Assembly: GCF_018350175.1 (NCBI RefSeq)
Contig: NC_058368.1
Coordinates: forward strand, 64,544,001-64,608,000
Length of the DNA: 64,000 nucleotides
Reading direction: 5' to 3'
Source: Felis catus
Lineage: Eukaryota
Positions within the stretch are counted from its first letter, which is position 1, and each line of letters opens with the position of its first letter. The notes under the pieces were generated by a model. The model worked only from the letters and a program-made list of their open reading frames with translations, was not told the origin of the DNA and did no database searches. The translations under genes were made by a program, and so were the position numbers. This document shows positions 12,099 to 25,640 of this stretch, piece by piece.

Positions 12099-12869
12099 AC
12101 TAATATATCCTTTTATTCTAAGTGTCTAGCACTGTCCCTGACACAAAGTTTTCAACAAAAATGTAAAGAAATCAACACCAGTAATATTTCAAAGGATCCT
12201 CTAGGTGTTCTTTTAAAAGATTCTCTAAATAACCTCAACTACTTAAAGGGAAATTATGATCAAAAACAGGGAAGGATTTTATAGCTTTATTTTCCTTCTT
12301 ATCATTGGAACTGTTTTCTTAATAGACGAAGACTCAAAGAGAAATAAGTGCTAGCAATCAAACAACAATCCCAGAACAGCAGGGGTTTGAATACTTGGTT
12401 TGAATAAGCAGACATCCTACATTGCTCTGGCATAGATTTAAGAGTTGCCTCTGGGAAAAATGGCAAGTCAACACACAAACACTAAGGCAGTCACCCAGGG
12501 ATGTATGTGGGAGACAAAGACATCAATAGAATCAACCCTCTGAAACCGATGACAAGCTTTGACTGCTATATCTTTCATTGAATTACTAAAAATAGTGCTG
12601 AGAGTGGAGTCTTTATTTGCATTTTTGATGGATATATTATATCTCTCTTATAATAGACCCATTAAACGTAGTTTAGCATTGAGAAGCTCTTGGCCTAGAG
12701 ATGCTGCTTAAATTACACAGACAACATCAAATGAATTACCTTAAAAAGGAATCCATTATTAACTGAAAAACAATATACATATTATACCTTCAAAAATAAC
12801 AGTTGTTCTTCAAAGAACAGAATAGTTTAGAGCTATTTTATTATATTCTTAAAGTGGCATTAAAGTTGC

Positions 12870-14700
12870 ATTCAATTATTCTATAATCATTTATTGAGTT
12901 CCAACTATGTTTCATTAAGTGTGCTATGTTAATTTTCTAATGCTGCTATAACAAATTACCACAAACTTTGTGGCATAAAACAATACCTGTGTATTATCTC
13001 ATAGTTCTTTAGGTCAAAAGTCCAAGCAGTCTCAACTGGGTTCTATACTGAGGGTCTCAGAGGCTGAAATCAAGGTAACAGCTGGGCTGAGCACTTATTT
13101 GTAGGTTATGTGGAAAAATCCGCATCCAAGTTCCTTCAAGTTGTTGGCAGTATTGACTGGAATCCTTTTCATTCTTTGAACCTTTCTGACTCTCTCTTCT
13201 ACAAATGAGAGAAAACTCTCTACTTCTAAAGGGTTCATAGGATTAGAGTGGACCCATATAGATAATCTTCCTTTTGATTAACCTGAAATCAACTAATTAT
13301 CAACCTTAATTCTTCTTCCATATAGTGTAGTATAATCAAGAAAATGGCATTAGATCCTTTTTATAGATTCTACCCACCCTCAAGATGGTAGAGATCATAC
13401 AAAGTGATCATCATAAAGTGTCACTTGGGCCATTCTTAGAATTTTGCCTACCACATGTGCTAAGTTCTGGGAATGAAATAAGTGAAACTGACTCAGTTCC
13501 CACTTATACAAATCTTAAACTTCAATAGAGGGGATATACAATAAAGGATGAGCTGTATAAGCAGGCAGAATATACATATTAGTATATAAATGGAACCCCC
13601 AACCCGATCTTGTAAGCTGTGTCCTGGAGGAAATACTAGGATTTATTCAGTAAAAGAAGACTGTGGAGTGGTGTTCAAAGCAAAAGGAATAATATGACAA
13701 AGCATGCCTCTAAAGAAATTCAACTTAAGCATGGATAACATAGTTTTCAATGTTTGCAGAAGAGAGGATGGTCACAGATGGCTAGCATTGGGAGAGAGGA
13801 GAGCAATGGGAAAGTATTTAAGTTTTAAATCAAAGGTATTACCTGATCAAATGTGTGTTTTAAAGGTCACCCTGGCTGCAGTATCCAAAACAGCTCTTAG
13901 AGGGCTGACATTTGAAGAAGTGGGACCAGTTTCAAAACCATGACATATAATCTGGGTGAGATGATTGTTACTGGGACCATGGTTGTGACATGAAGGTATA
14001 TGTCTATAAATGGATATATTGAGGGTATTTGTCAGGTGGATCCAGAGTTGGTAGTTAAATAGATATAGGTGTGAAAGAGAAATGAAGTCAAGAATGATGA
14101 CGGAGTTTCTTGCTCGAGCCACTGGGAGATGAAAAGCTGTGTCTGTAATAGGGAGGTTGGAAAACAAACAAACAAACAAACATCAGAAAGAGATGAGTAG
14201 CTCAATATTGAACATGAAAATTTTGAAATCCTTTTAAGACAGCAAAGTGTAAAAATTTATTATGCAGTTGGGTGTATTAGTCTAGGTTTCAGGTGAAAGA
14301 TATAGGCTGGAGATACATAACTGACAAACTTGAGTACATAAGGTTAATTAGAGTCACTAGAGTGAAAGCTGTCTCTGAGAGAGGGTATGTGGTAGAGAAG
14401 AAGATCTAAGGCATTATCCCCAAGTCCACTAACACTTAAGAAGTGGCTCAAGGAAGAGAATAACATAAAGGATACAAAAAAGAACCAGGACACTTGCTGT
14501 TATGCAAGACAAGGACATGAAAATTTCAAAAGTTTTCAAGTTTGGAGGGAATAGCCAACTTTTTCAAGTTCTGTGGGGAAGTCATGGAAAAGAAGATTCA
14601 TAAATGGAATGGGTGTAGTAACAAGGGACTCACTGGTGATTTTGTAAAAGTATGATGCAGTGGTGCAACGTAAGTGCAATCCACATGGAAGTAGGTTTAG
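12870..14700 (-). mobile_element. L2 LINE interrupted by an MLT1E LTR
   Basis: catttattgagttccaactatgt (L2 3' end, antisense); aaggtcaccctggctgcagt; gtcaagaatgatgacggagtttct; aggctggagataca. Confidence 0.8.
12925..13455 (-). mobile_element. MLT1E/F-type MaLR solo LTR
   Basis: tgctgctataacaaattaccacaaact...ggctgaaatcaaggt...cattcttagaattttgcctaccaca; perfect 5-bp TSD tgtgc at 12920-12924 and 13456-13460. Confidence 0.92.
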
Positions 14701-15289
14701 GAATAACTATCAGCCTCAAGTGGTTGCTAAAGGCAATGCTAGAATCAAATGAATATATGTGTGTAGTCTTGATATATGCAAAGCACTAGCTCTCTACTGA
14801 AAGATTACTGATGACCATTCTTAAAACCCCAAGTTTATAAGATAATGTCCAATTCTCCCCCTTGGGTTACCTCACTCTTTCTTGCTCCATAGCAGATTCA
14901 GGTAGATATCCTGGGATTCATGGAATGGCAACCTTGAGAGGAATGTAAGACTAGAATGTAGACTCATTACACAAGCACTTTAAGGCAAACTGCAATCAGT
15001 TATGCCAAGGAAGACTGTATATTAGAGCCAACTGTGTATCTGTCCCCAGACCTATATTGTTCAGAAGTTCCCTAGGTTGTTAAAAAACAACAGCAAAAAC
15101 AAACAAACAAAACAAGCCAGTTGTCTCTAGGTATAAATATTTTCCATGCCTTTTAGTAAGCAGTAACACCTGAATATAGGATTCTTCAAAAATGATGAGG
15201 ATGAATCTAAGAAAAAAAGTAGTATTAAAATCTTCCTAAAGTCTTTTAAGGAAAAGGTAGCAGTCAATCATTGTCCCAGAATTTCTGGA

Positions 15290-17100
15290 TTCAGTCATTA
15301 GCTGGAGAATGGAGGTGGTCCCTGAGAGAAAAAAAACAAGGAGAATGAGTAAGTTTTTGATGGGATGAAATAAAGGCAGAAATAATTTCATTTGTAGATA
15401 TCCTACATACTTTAGATGGCTTTATCCAGTAAGCAGTTGGGTATACATACCTGGAATTTGTGGATTTTGTCACAGTTAGAGACAGATATTTGGAAGTTGT
15501 TAATTTATAGGTGGGAGATGACTTCACCTAATTAAAGCATCAGGTTTAGGAAAGAATGGAAACCTGGAAACATCCAGCATTCAAGGGCCAGGTGCAGTAG
15601 CAGATCTAGTAAGGGAGGCAGAGACTGAGGATGCAGAGTATAATTTACTCTAAGGGGAAAGAATCAGTAGAAAGGGACATATAAAGTCTCAGGAGAGACA
15701 AATCACTGGAAAGTAAAGTGCAGGCAAATTAATGAGTGAGCAGGATTGAGAGTATCATGGACAGGGTAGCATTGAACAGACTGTACTTTCAAAGACTGGA
15801 GGAAAGGAACCAGTGAAATATCAGCAAATAACAACTTGTGTCACAGAGCAGTTGGTGGCTTTCATGCCTGGTGGCTTCAGATTTCTAAAACAACGAGTAA
15901 ATGTGACCGTCTCTGGAAAAGGGAAGAAGGGGGAAATGTGGAGAAAAGTAGCAGATCTGAACAATGAGAAAAATGCAGAGCCGACCAGTTGCAAGAGAAA
16001 ACACTGCTGATCCATACATTAGAAACCATACATTCACAGATTCATACTGTTTTCCAGTGGTACTCAGCTGCTGGATATAGGAGCATACATGGGGCTATTT
16101 GCTGGGGAGGGTGTGAAAGTAAAGAGAAGAAGGCTTGAAGGTACTAATAGTCAAGTTGATCTGTTGTATGGTTCGAACTCTGTACGAAAGGAAATGAGGT
16201 ACAAAGGTCTGACATATTGGGAAAATTGGAGGACTACTGAGATTGGAATTATGAATTTGAAATCTATACACAGGTATAGCAATAGTAAATACATACTAGG
16301 TATTGTCCAGAAGAGAAATATTAGTTATTGAGATGAATAGATTTTTGAGATGACACAGTTCTTATATAAACTAGAAGTCAGTGGAGTGAGTTGGATTTGA
16401 GAAGCAAGGGAGAGAAAAATTTATTTATTCAAGATATTAATTGTACAACCTCCATGCTTCATGCATTGTACCAGCTGCTGGAAATATAGAAATGAATAAG
16501 CCTCACTGCTTGCTCTCAGAACAGTCTACTAGAGTGATTGATGTTTCCAGGTTAAGAAACAATGTGGTTGAGAGAACAGCAATTTTAAAAGGCAGTACCA
16601 AAAATTAGAATTAGTGACCATTTAATATGAGTAGCTGATATAACAAGCTAAGTGGCAATATTAACTAGACAAGCCAGATAGATGAATCTCTAATTGTGAA
16701 GAAAAGTCAGTGTTGAATAAAAAAGACAGAGGCGGAATATAATGGAGAACATGTAGAGGGAGATGAGAGGAGAGTGGGTTCTATACTCTGACCGACTCCA
16801 GGATTGAAGGGTACATGGAAGAAGAAAGCTTTAAAAACAGTTGAGACAAGATCAGATACATCCCTTCTGAGAAAAATGAAGAAGAGGTTTCCAAGAGAAA
16901 AATAGTCAGTATAGTCTGATAAGTCAGAGATCTAGACGAGAGGCCAGAATTGCTTGAATAGATTTGGGAAATAGACAAGCATCAGTGATTTTAGCAGGTG
17001 CAATCTCAGGAGGTGAGGTGGCATACATTCCTATGGGTAGAGGAATACACAAAACACTTAGGAAACATGTACCATCAGTGACAACTAACAACTCTCAGGG
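15290..17100 (-). mobile_element. Fragmented L2 sequences
   Basis: aagcagttgggtatacatacctggaatt, gatatttggaagttg, and an L2 3' end at about 16420-16530; heavily diverged. Confidence 0.55.
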
Positions 17101-19341
17101 CTGTGATTATAAGATATAGGCTGTATCATTGGTCTTTCAGGTGAAAAGGAAAGACATTTACTACATTTACTGGAGAAAGTTCTAATAAGTATAGGGTATA
17201 TGTAAGATGTATAAAAAAAAACAAAAACTCAAGAAACTGGAATGTAGTAAGAATAGAAGCTACTGCCTCTTTCTGTGTGTATGTGTGTGGGGGGGGGGGG
17301 CAGAGAGGGGGAGTGAGGGATATATTACCCAGGGGAATAAGGAAAGCTAAAAAAATAATAGTTTCATCATATGGTAATGAAAAATCCTTAATATTTAAAG
17401 CTAAATCCAATTCTCGACAAACCTCAAAATGATATATGTGTGTATATGTGTCCTTAAGGAGTAAAATGATATGCTTTTGAAAATAAAGTAATAGATTATT
17501 CTGACATGGACAAGTAATTCGACATATCACTGCCTTCACATTTTAAAGATGTTATGGAATGTAAAGATCTTTTAAATTTAACAAATGACTTCTGATTTCC
17601 AGAAGAAAGGCCATCCTCCAGGGCTTGGGGAAGGGAACATATGTTTTAGAGTGCCATTGCATTTTCAACATAATTAGTTGTCTAAGTATGTTTCCAAATG
17701 AAGCTAATGGATTTCCATGTACAATTAACTATGATTTATGTAAGAGCATTTCAGTTTGAATTATTTTCTATCAATTTTCTTATAACCATTCCTTTCTATA
17801 AATTTGATAATTATTTATGGACAAGTTTCATTTTGAGTAAATTAAACTCAATTTCCCTGATATAGCATATATCAAACAGCAATTAAAAGAGGTGGCTGCA
17901 GATAATGCAGCTTTACTTATTTTTTTCCCAAAGGGAAAGAGTTGAGCAGTTAGTCATATAATTTCTTTCAGTTCTATTTTAAAGAAATTACAAATGAGTG
18001 AGATCTTTAAAAAATATTTTAAGATTTTAAAAAGTGAATCCATCTTGTCTTATTCTGTAACAACTTCATGTTTGATTGACCTTGGTTCTATTTATTTTGC
18101 TACTTAAAGGAGAACATATACATGTATTTTCTTTGAGTTTTTGTTGAAGCGAATGTGGAGATTAGAGAAAAATAAATATATAATTCACTTTAGGATTATT
18201 TGCTAAAAGAGAATGTGTTTATAAAATACATAAAAAATAAAACTTGGTTAAAAAATCAGCCAGCTCTATGTGATTTTAAAAACAGATTAGGTATCACATA
18301 TATGACATACTAAACCAAAGCCATCTGAAGTACTATATGAAATAATTAAATGGTGTTCAAAGAATTTCAACTCTTAATGTGTGTTGGAAATGTTCCATAA
18401 ATATTGTAGTGATATGTATCAATGTTATATAGAAAATATCTATATTTAAAAGTTATTCAATGATTTTTCAGAGAAAAAAATTGATGTGATCTTGACAGGC
18501 ATAGAGTTGGTAAAATTGGCAAAATGAGCCTAAAGAAAATTACTTTACCGTTAGATTTTGTTGATTTTATCATTTTACTTTGATACAAGAATTGCTCACT
18601 CAAAATGCCTTTACAAATTATTTTTTAAATGGATAAGTCAGTATATAGAATTAATCTATATTAATGCTCATTTTATCCTGGTGATAGAACTTCAGTAGAT
18701 TGTTATTTCATGGTATGAAAGAGAAGCACCTTTTAGTGATAGAGGCGATACGATTATATCCCAAGTAAGGCTAATACTATTGGATAATGCACGAGTGCCT
18801 CCTGGGATGGCTAATAACTTGTAAGAATCCAGAGCTGCAAAGTCAGATGATGTGTTGTGTAACTTACTTCATTCATCCAGATATTCTGAGGCAGTTCTGG
18901 TAAGTCTCAGGTAGAGTGCAGGCTCTGGACTCTTTCCAAACAATTTTATGGGAGCTCAGTTTTTCTACTAATAAATATCTTCCCAAAGATTCTCATCAAT
19001 CCAAAGATATTAAAAAATGTGATGTTCAAGTCTTCTTAAAGTGAAAAAGGCAGACATATTTCAAAAGCGAAATAAAAATAATAAAAATGGTTGTCATTAA
19101 GAAAAAAGGGGGGGGCAGGTGAGGTCCCAATAATACTTATGGTGCTATAGGGTTGAGAAAGGGTTCCTTGCTCCTTTAGTCCGCAGATACTGCACTATGG
19201 GTTCCTTACTTGTTTCTAGTCCTCTTGTGTCATTGAGTCACATGGATCATTAAACCCACTCTCAACTTCTAGGTAGTCTCGTAGTCAAATAGAGTATGGA
19301 AAACCCATATTATTTACACCTTATGTTTAAATGTGAATACA

Positions 19342-19545
19342 GGGGCACCTGGGTGGTTCAGTCGGTTAAGCATCCAACTCACAATTTCAGCTCATGTCAT
19401 GATCTCAGTATTGTGGGTTCAAGCCCACATTGAGCTCCACACTGAGCAGGGAACCTGCTTGGGATTCTCTCTCTCCTTCTCTCTGCCCCTCCCCTGGCTC
19501 ATGTGCACTCTCTTTTTTTCTCTCTCAAACAAATAAACATTAAAA
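19342..19545 (+). mobile_element. CanSINE
   Basis: ggggcacctgggtggttcagtcggttaagc...(CT)-rich...aaataaacattaaaa; degenerate TSD aaatgtga. Confidence 0.96.
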
Positions 19546-20409
19546 TGTGATCATAAATATAAATATATATGTTAAACAAGAATACATGGCATTATGTCTT
19601 GTGCATTTGTTAAAACTTGAAACCTACAGTTCTAACCTTTCTGCTTAGACAATAAGCATCATATAATGCAGTGAATACATTAAAGATAGAAGAGAACTAG
19701 AACAATTATAAAAGAGTCCTAAAAGCACAGTTGAATAGGGCAAAATGTCATCAGTTTATGGTATTTCATGAATACTGAAAATCAAGAATAGTAATCAGCC
19801 AAGCAATGGAATTCTGACTTTAGTTTACATTTTGAGGATAAACTTCATTATGGATACGCTGAGTAAAACAAAAGCAATTATTTAGCAAATGTTTTTATAA
19901 TCAAACTGTTAATACTATAAAAATCATGTGTATACTTCAGTGTTATTATACATTAATTATAGTCTAATTAATTAACCACCAAGGCCCCAAAGACCTGTAT
20001 TTCAACCCCTTAAAAAAGAAAATCTTAAGTATAGTTTATTGGTATTATACATTAATCACAGTCTAATATATTAAAATCAAGAGCAGAATGATCTGTATGT
20101 CAAAACTTTAATAAAAGGAAAGTATGACTAATTTTCCTTGGGACAAAGCAACTTGGATGTTGTTCAGAGAACTTTGGAAGTCAAACACATTTTCCCTTAA
20201 TTTGCATTGACAGTGGATCTTGAAAGACTGGGAACTTGGAAGAAGAGAGATGGGGAGGAGCTCGTGTATTCACTGGGTGCCTATCTCTCACCCCACTCCA
20301 GCCACAGAAGCAGAGTTGGACTATTTCAGTTTTCAGTTTTACTTAGGCATACTGATGAAGTAAAGATAAACTTCTGTTTGGAAGCAGCAAGAGCTGGTCA
20401 ATGTACTAA

Positions 20410-20624
20410 ATTTTTTTTTTAATGTTTATCCATTTTTGAGAGACAGAGAGAGACAGAGCTCAAGCAGGGATAGGGCAGAGAGAGAGACACACAGAACTAG
20501 AAGCAGGGTCCAGGCTCTGAGAGATCAGCACAAAGCCTGACGAAGAGCTTAAATTCATGAGCCATGAGATCATGACCTGGGCTGAAGTTGAATGCTTAAT
20601 CAACTGAGCCACCCAGGAGCCCCC
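20410..20624 (-). mobile_element. CanSINE
   Basis: Full body; TSD agctggtcaatgtactaa/agctggtcgatgttctaa. Confidence 0.97.
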
Positions 20625-20744
20625 AAGCTGGTCGATGTTCTAACCCACTGGGTGATAGAACATGTAAAACTGACCCCCTGAGTACAGAAACAAGGCCAAC
20701 GCACAGATTATACAATGTGTCAGAGCTGGGTGACATCACCAAGC

Positions 20745-20950
20745 CTTATGTTTAAGAGCTTAATCCCTGGGTTGAGGATCCAGAGAATCTCTGTGTCTTT
20801 AGGACTCTTCTCTAAGTCTTAGTTTTTGTTCTTAATGTGGAAAAGCAAGACGTTATTGTGGGGGGATAAAGTGAGATGAGGAAGGTAAAGCTTTTAGCTG
20901 GTTCCTAGCATAGAGGTAGTTCTCCAGAAGAGTTATCAATGATCTTTACT
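20745..20950 (+). mobile_element. MIR
   Basis: tctctaagtcttagtttt...ggataaagtgagatg...gtaaagcttttagc...cctagcatag. Confidence 0.65.
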
Positions 20951-22394
20951 ATGAGAAATATTGAACCTTGGGTATCTACTCTTTTTGCTCCAAGTTTACA
21001 AAAAACAGCATTAATTATGATTTCTAATAGAAATGTGTGCATGTGCTAATATATCCCATATTAACGTTCATCTCGTTGACTCAAGTCAGTGTCCATTCTT
21101 TTCCTGGTCCTCCCTGAAATAATAAACTGGAAGTGTCCCTTCATGGCAGGCAGGATTCAAAATAGCTTTCTGCTATTCTACTTTTGAGTGCCAAAGCACC
21201 ACAAGCCTGATAGATTTCTTTGGGTTCTGCCATGCATTACAAATCAGTTAACTGACTCATTCCCTTGGTGAAATGGGATGAACAATCTGGCCCAGGTCTA
21301 CCCAGCACAGCTGTGTAGGTATCTGGCTTCATGTGGAAGCTTGATCTATTTCTTCCATGTCCCCCCTCCTAAAATTTTCATTAGGATAATGTGTGTAAAA
21401 GGTAGGACCCTATCTCAACACTTCAACAGAGAAATAACCACCAAAATAATTTTAGTGCCATGTGGGATGAGAATCAGATGGATTATTTATATGGCAGTCA
21501 AGATTTCTATTATAATAAAGAATATGTAGCATAATTTCTGCATTTGCCACAATCAACACTAGACATTTAAAAATGTGTAAGTGTAGTCAATAATAAAAGC
21601 CTCTGCTTCCATGTTCCTTATAGATGAGTTAACAAGTGTCATTAAAGACTGATTTGAGTTTCAGATATTTCATGCTCAACATGGAATTACCAATACTTTG
21701 GAGTTGCTGTGATATTAGCAAAAGATCAGGTAACAGGAAAGAAAGAATATGTGTATATATCCATGAACCTTAAATGGATCCAACTTCTAGCAATTCAGAT
21801 GCAGACCCAGTAGTTGCTTTTCATAAATCATAATGTTTCGTTCAAGTATTTCTGCTGTGTGGTGACAAAAACCTTCAAAACAAACAATACTACACCTGAC
21901 TCTGTGACATCATACGCTAAAAGAACAGAGCTAATGTTTGCAGATGGGGCCCACGCTGGAAAACATCTACAGCTTTGTAGCCATGGACAACCACATATGT
22001 ACAATCCTAACAAAATAATAGTTCAGTTTAAAATAGCAAATATCTAATTAGGTAAATATTGTAGTTACTATAGGAATTCATCTTTTAAAAGATATGGAAA
22101 AGAAGGGTGAAGACTTCTGACTTAAAAAAACAAAGGCAAAATGTGTATTTCAAAGAGATAGTGAGCTTTCCTCTTTAAGTATAAATACAGAATAGTCGTG
22201 ATTATTTTTAACGAGCCCTCATTATCAAAGAAAATTTGTTGATAAAGTCATCTTTTAACAAAAACCTATACAGAAAAATGTGAATTAAATTAACAATGGC
22301 AAAACTACCTAAAGTTCTTAGAAGGAGTAGAATAAAAATACCTTAGGAAATAAGACTGGAAGTAAATTTGAAATCGGGAAAGGAATTTAAGAAA

Positions 22395-22635
22395 TAACTA
22401 CCATTTGTCATCATGATATCTGCCCAGGTTTGTTCTTTACATTAACTAATATTTAATACTTAGGGTAAGCCTATGAGGAAGGCACAGTTATGAATCCCAT
22501 GTTACAGGTTAGGGAATGATGACACAGAAGATTAAACCTCACCTCTACCAGTTACTTGTCAAAGGACACACACAAAGAAAGCCCTAGGGACGTATTTCAA
22601 AGGAGGCAGAATAGCTCCAGAGCCTCTGTCCTTCC
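22395..22635 (-). mobile_element. MIR
   Basis: cctatgaggaagg...atcccatgttacaggttagggaatgatgacacagaag...ctccagagcc. Confidence 0.7.
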
Positions 22636-24594
22636 TCAAACTCGCGACCACGCTGTCATGCATTATTGCAGCTGCTTGGAGCCATGATTACAATGACAGC
22701 ATAATCCACTAATGGATATCCCTCCTTCATTAAGATGAGTATGGTTATTTTTCACCATTCATACCTTACTTCCTAGAACAATATGTGAAGGAAAGCACAC
22801 CTTCTAAAATGGTGTCTTGCATTCCTTGTTATAATTCTACAGTTTAAATCGTTTACAACATTTAAAAGCAAGTTCCAATTTAAGAAGTAGGTAAATGATG
22901 TGCCTCCGAATAGAACATCACCTACAAATTTTGTTTTCTACTAACATAATCTTGGTATTTAGGGAGATTTGATCTAAATCAGCATGTAGGGGATCTAGGT
23001 TGTGGTGTGAATGTAAACATGAAAAATACATTGAACTTGAAAGATAGCAGCAGAAGAACTGGCTTGGCCAATCTGCATGGTGCATGGAAGGACACAAGCC
23101 CTGGACTGACTGGAAGATGAGCAAATACGTGGAATAGAGAGCACGTGGAATCATACAAACTAAGTTTACATTTTTATCATGTCTTACAAAAACAGAAGTT
23201 TCTGACTAACGGCATGGGAGAGGCCTGAAGATCCTAAAATACCTTGACAAAAATGGCAAAAATGCAGTACAAATGAAATCAGGCTGTTTTTACTCCCTCG
23301 CTTACAAGATAATGTCTGTTTGTCTTTGAGGGAAATGGGAGCGTGGCCTCAGAAAGGCTGGCAAGGGGAAACTGACACTATATTTTTTGTTAGTCTGGGC
23401 TGTCATTTGTATGTAAGTGTTAGAAACTGTGACCCTACATTTCTCTTACTTAAGGTTACCTATTTGTTTGCCTCAGCAAGGGCAGGGACGTCCTTAGTTA
23501 GGGTACATAGTCCTTGTTAATGATAAAAACCTCTATCGTCATATAAATAGCATGCAATCTGTCTGATTTGATCCATCTGGCTACACGCTATTCAGCAGCA
23601 TTTCCAGGGTCAGGGGTTAGAAAAATCTAACCACATCCCACGATACCCAGCTCAGACCAAGGTTAAGCACATCTCCATGGTTAAATATATCTACCCTTAG
23701 TTTAAACCACCTTCCTGGGGCTCAAAACAAAACAAAAATACTTTCGGTAATTTTAACTCCATGTCTGTGACAAGTTATTTATTCTTAAAGACATCTTCTT
23801 TCCTTTTACAACATTCAAGCATTCTTTCCTTAAGAATGACTCGGTCATTGCATGACTAGAAGGAATGCAGGAATTGTACTTCCTTCGTAAATATAATTAT
23901 AACCATTCATAAATGGTTATCCATAAATGTAAGCATGATGCATCAGCTTATCCCTGCATTCTATTCTGAGGGAACAGAACACAAGTATGCAAAGGTAAAA
24001 CATTCGTTTTTCCCTGAAGAAATGCACTATGCATATTTTGTATAGGACTTCTGAAGCATTTAAGATTTATTTAGAAAAATTCAACTAATAACTAGCAAAA
24101 TAGATAAGCTTCAAGTATTATTAATCTATAATGTCTCTAGAAATATGTTTTTCAAACAACTCTTACATAAGAAGCATCCATTGAACATAGTAACATACTA
24201 ACTTTATGATAAATGTTATATACTACAAATGGATTTTGATGGGGCAAGACATAGCAAAGGTATCACATGACTGATCGGGGGCATGAAAAAAAGTTAAGGG
24301 CTCTAATTACTCCCCAAATTCTGAGGTAGAAAAATATCTATGGAAGTTTTAAAACATCTTTACTTTAGAAATTGTGTATATTTTTGTTAAAATATGTTTT
24401 AAAGTCCATTTCAGGACCAGCAGCTAGTAATCTTAGCTATAAACTTTAGCATCTATAGTTATGTTTCAAAGTTCATCAAGAAAAAAATGATATAATATCA
24501 CTACTCTAGCTCATACTTCTTGGTTACCAAAACTATGCTTCTTTTGGGGAAAAGAGTACATTTCTTTTGGGTCCTTTTATTGAAACAGAGACTG

Positions 24595-24797
24595 TTTTTA
24601 ATGTGTATTTTTGAGAAAGAGAGAGAGTGCACATGTAAGCGGGGAGGGACAGAGAGAGAGGGAGACACAGAATCTGAAGCAGGCTCCAGGTTCTGAGCTG
24701 TCAGCACAGAGCCCAACTCGGGGCTCGAACTCACAAACCATGAGATCATGACCTGCCGAAGTCAAATGCTTAACTGACTGAACCACCTAGGTGTCCC
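24595..24797 (-). mobile_element. CanSINE (feline)
   Basis: Full body; flanked by tgaaacaga(ga)ct target copies. Confidence 0.97.
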
Positions 24798-25640
24798 TGA
24801 AACAGACTTTTAAGCACTTAAAAATACTTACCTTCAAAAAGTTTTCCTCAAATAGAGAAAACACTGGCGTTCAAATATAAATGCATTTTGATTTGCAGAA
24901 AAGGTCACCATATTTTAATCTCTTCAAAAAGGATGAAATAATCATTGTGCATTTTGAACTAAGCATATGACTACTAACCCTATATCATGACATTAAAGTG
25001 CTTACATTAGCCAAAAGTTGATTTTTCCCAGATACTGACTGTCATATCATTGTAGGTCATTTTTTCTCTGCTATAGAATTTAGATTCTTAACATTAGTGA
25101 ATGTGGCATAGAGGTGACCTTGCTCCTAAGATTCTCACACCTTCAGGATGCTGTCTTCTTCTGCATAGTTTTACTTGAATGTACAATAGGTGACTCTAAA
25201 TCAGTATGTATCAAACTATGCTCATCATCTTTTCCCCCAAAACCCACACTTCCTGTTTCTCCTAGCTAATAACAGTTCCCCTCAAGCCTAGCCATAGCTC
25301 AGTTTCCTTCCTTTTTTCTTCAGTACCCTTGCAGCTGTCCTTCATCTTCCTTAACAGCTCCAAAATCCTACACCGAGGACTGGCAATGCTTGGTGCAGTA
25401 TGAAAATGTGTACTTCTTTTTAAGAAAATCACTAAGAATTTCTGCATCACTAAAGCAGAAAGTTAAATGCAAGAGCTTCTGAGCCCTGGGCTTTGTAGGA
25501 CTTCCCATCCACCTTCACTTCCATCTTCTCTTATGTAAATTCTTTGATGCTTTGGGACTCGTCTTCTCCCATCTTGAAACTCTTCTCTCTGTATTCTTTT
25601 TCTTTGTTCCCATCTCACCCCCATAGTTGGTCCTCTACAT

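Larger units (their letters stand above)
11270..12175 (+). mobile_element. L2 3' region interrupted by a SINE pair
   Basis: agtgtctagcactgtccctgacacaaag...caacaaaaatg resembles the L2 3' terminus; pyrimidine-rich upstream part. Confidence 0.5.

Noticed and set aside
18881..18899. Plus-strand 19-nt microexon (ccag|...|gtaagt)
   Set aside because: Appears to lie in a decayed MER5-like relic, does not preserve frame, and has no other support.
24832..24846. 15-nt minus-strand microexon (ENFLK) before a perfect AAG|GTAAGT donor
   Set aside because: Requires a rare GAG acceptor; longer upstream frames contain stops.
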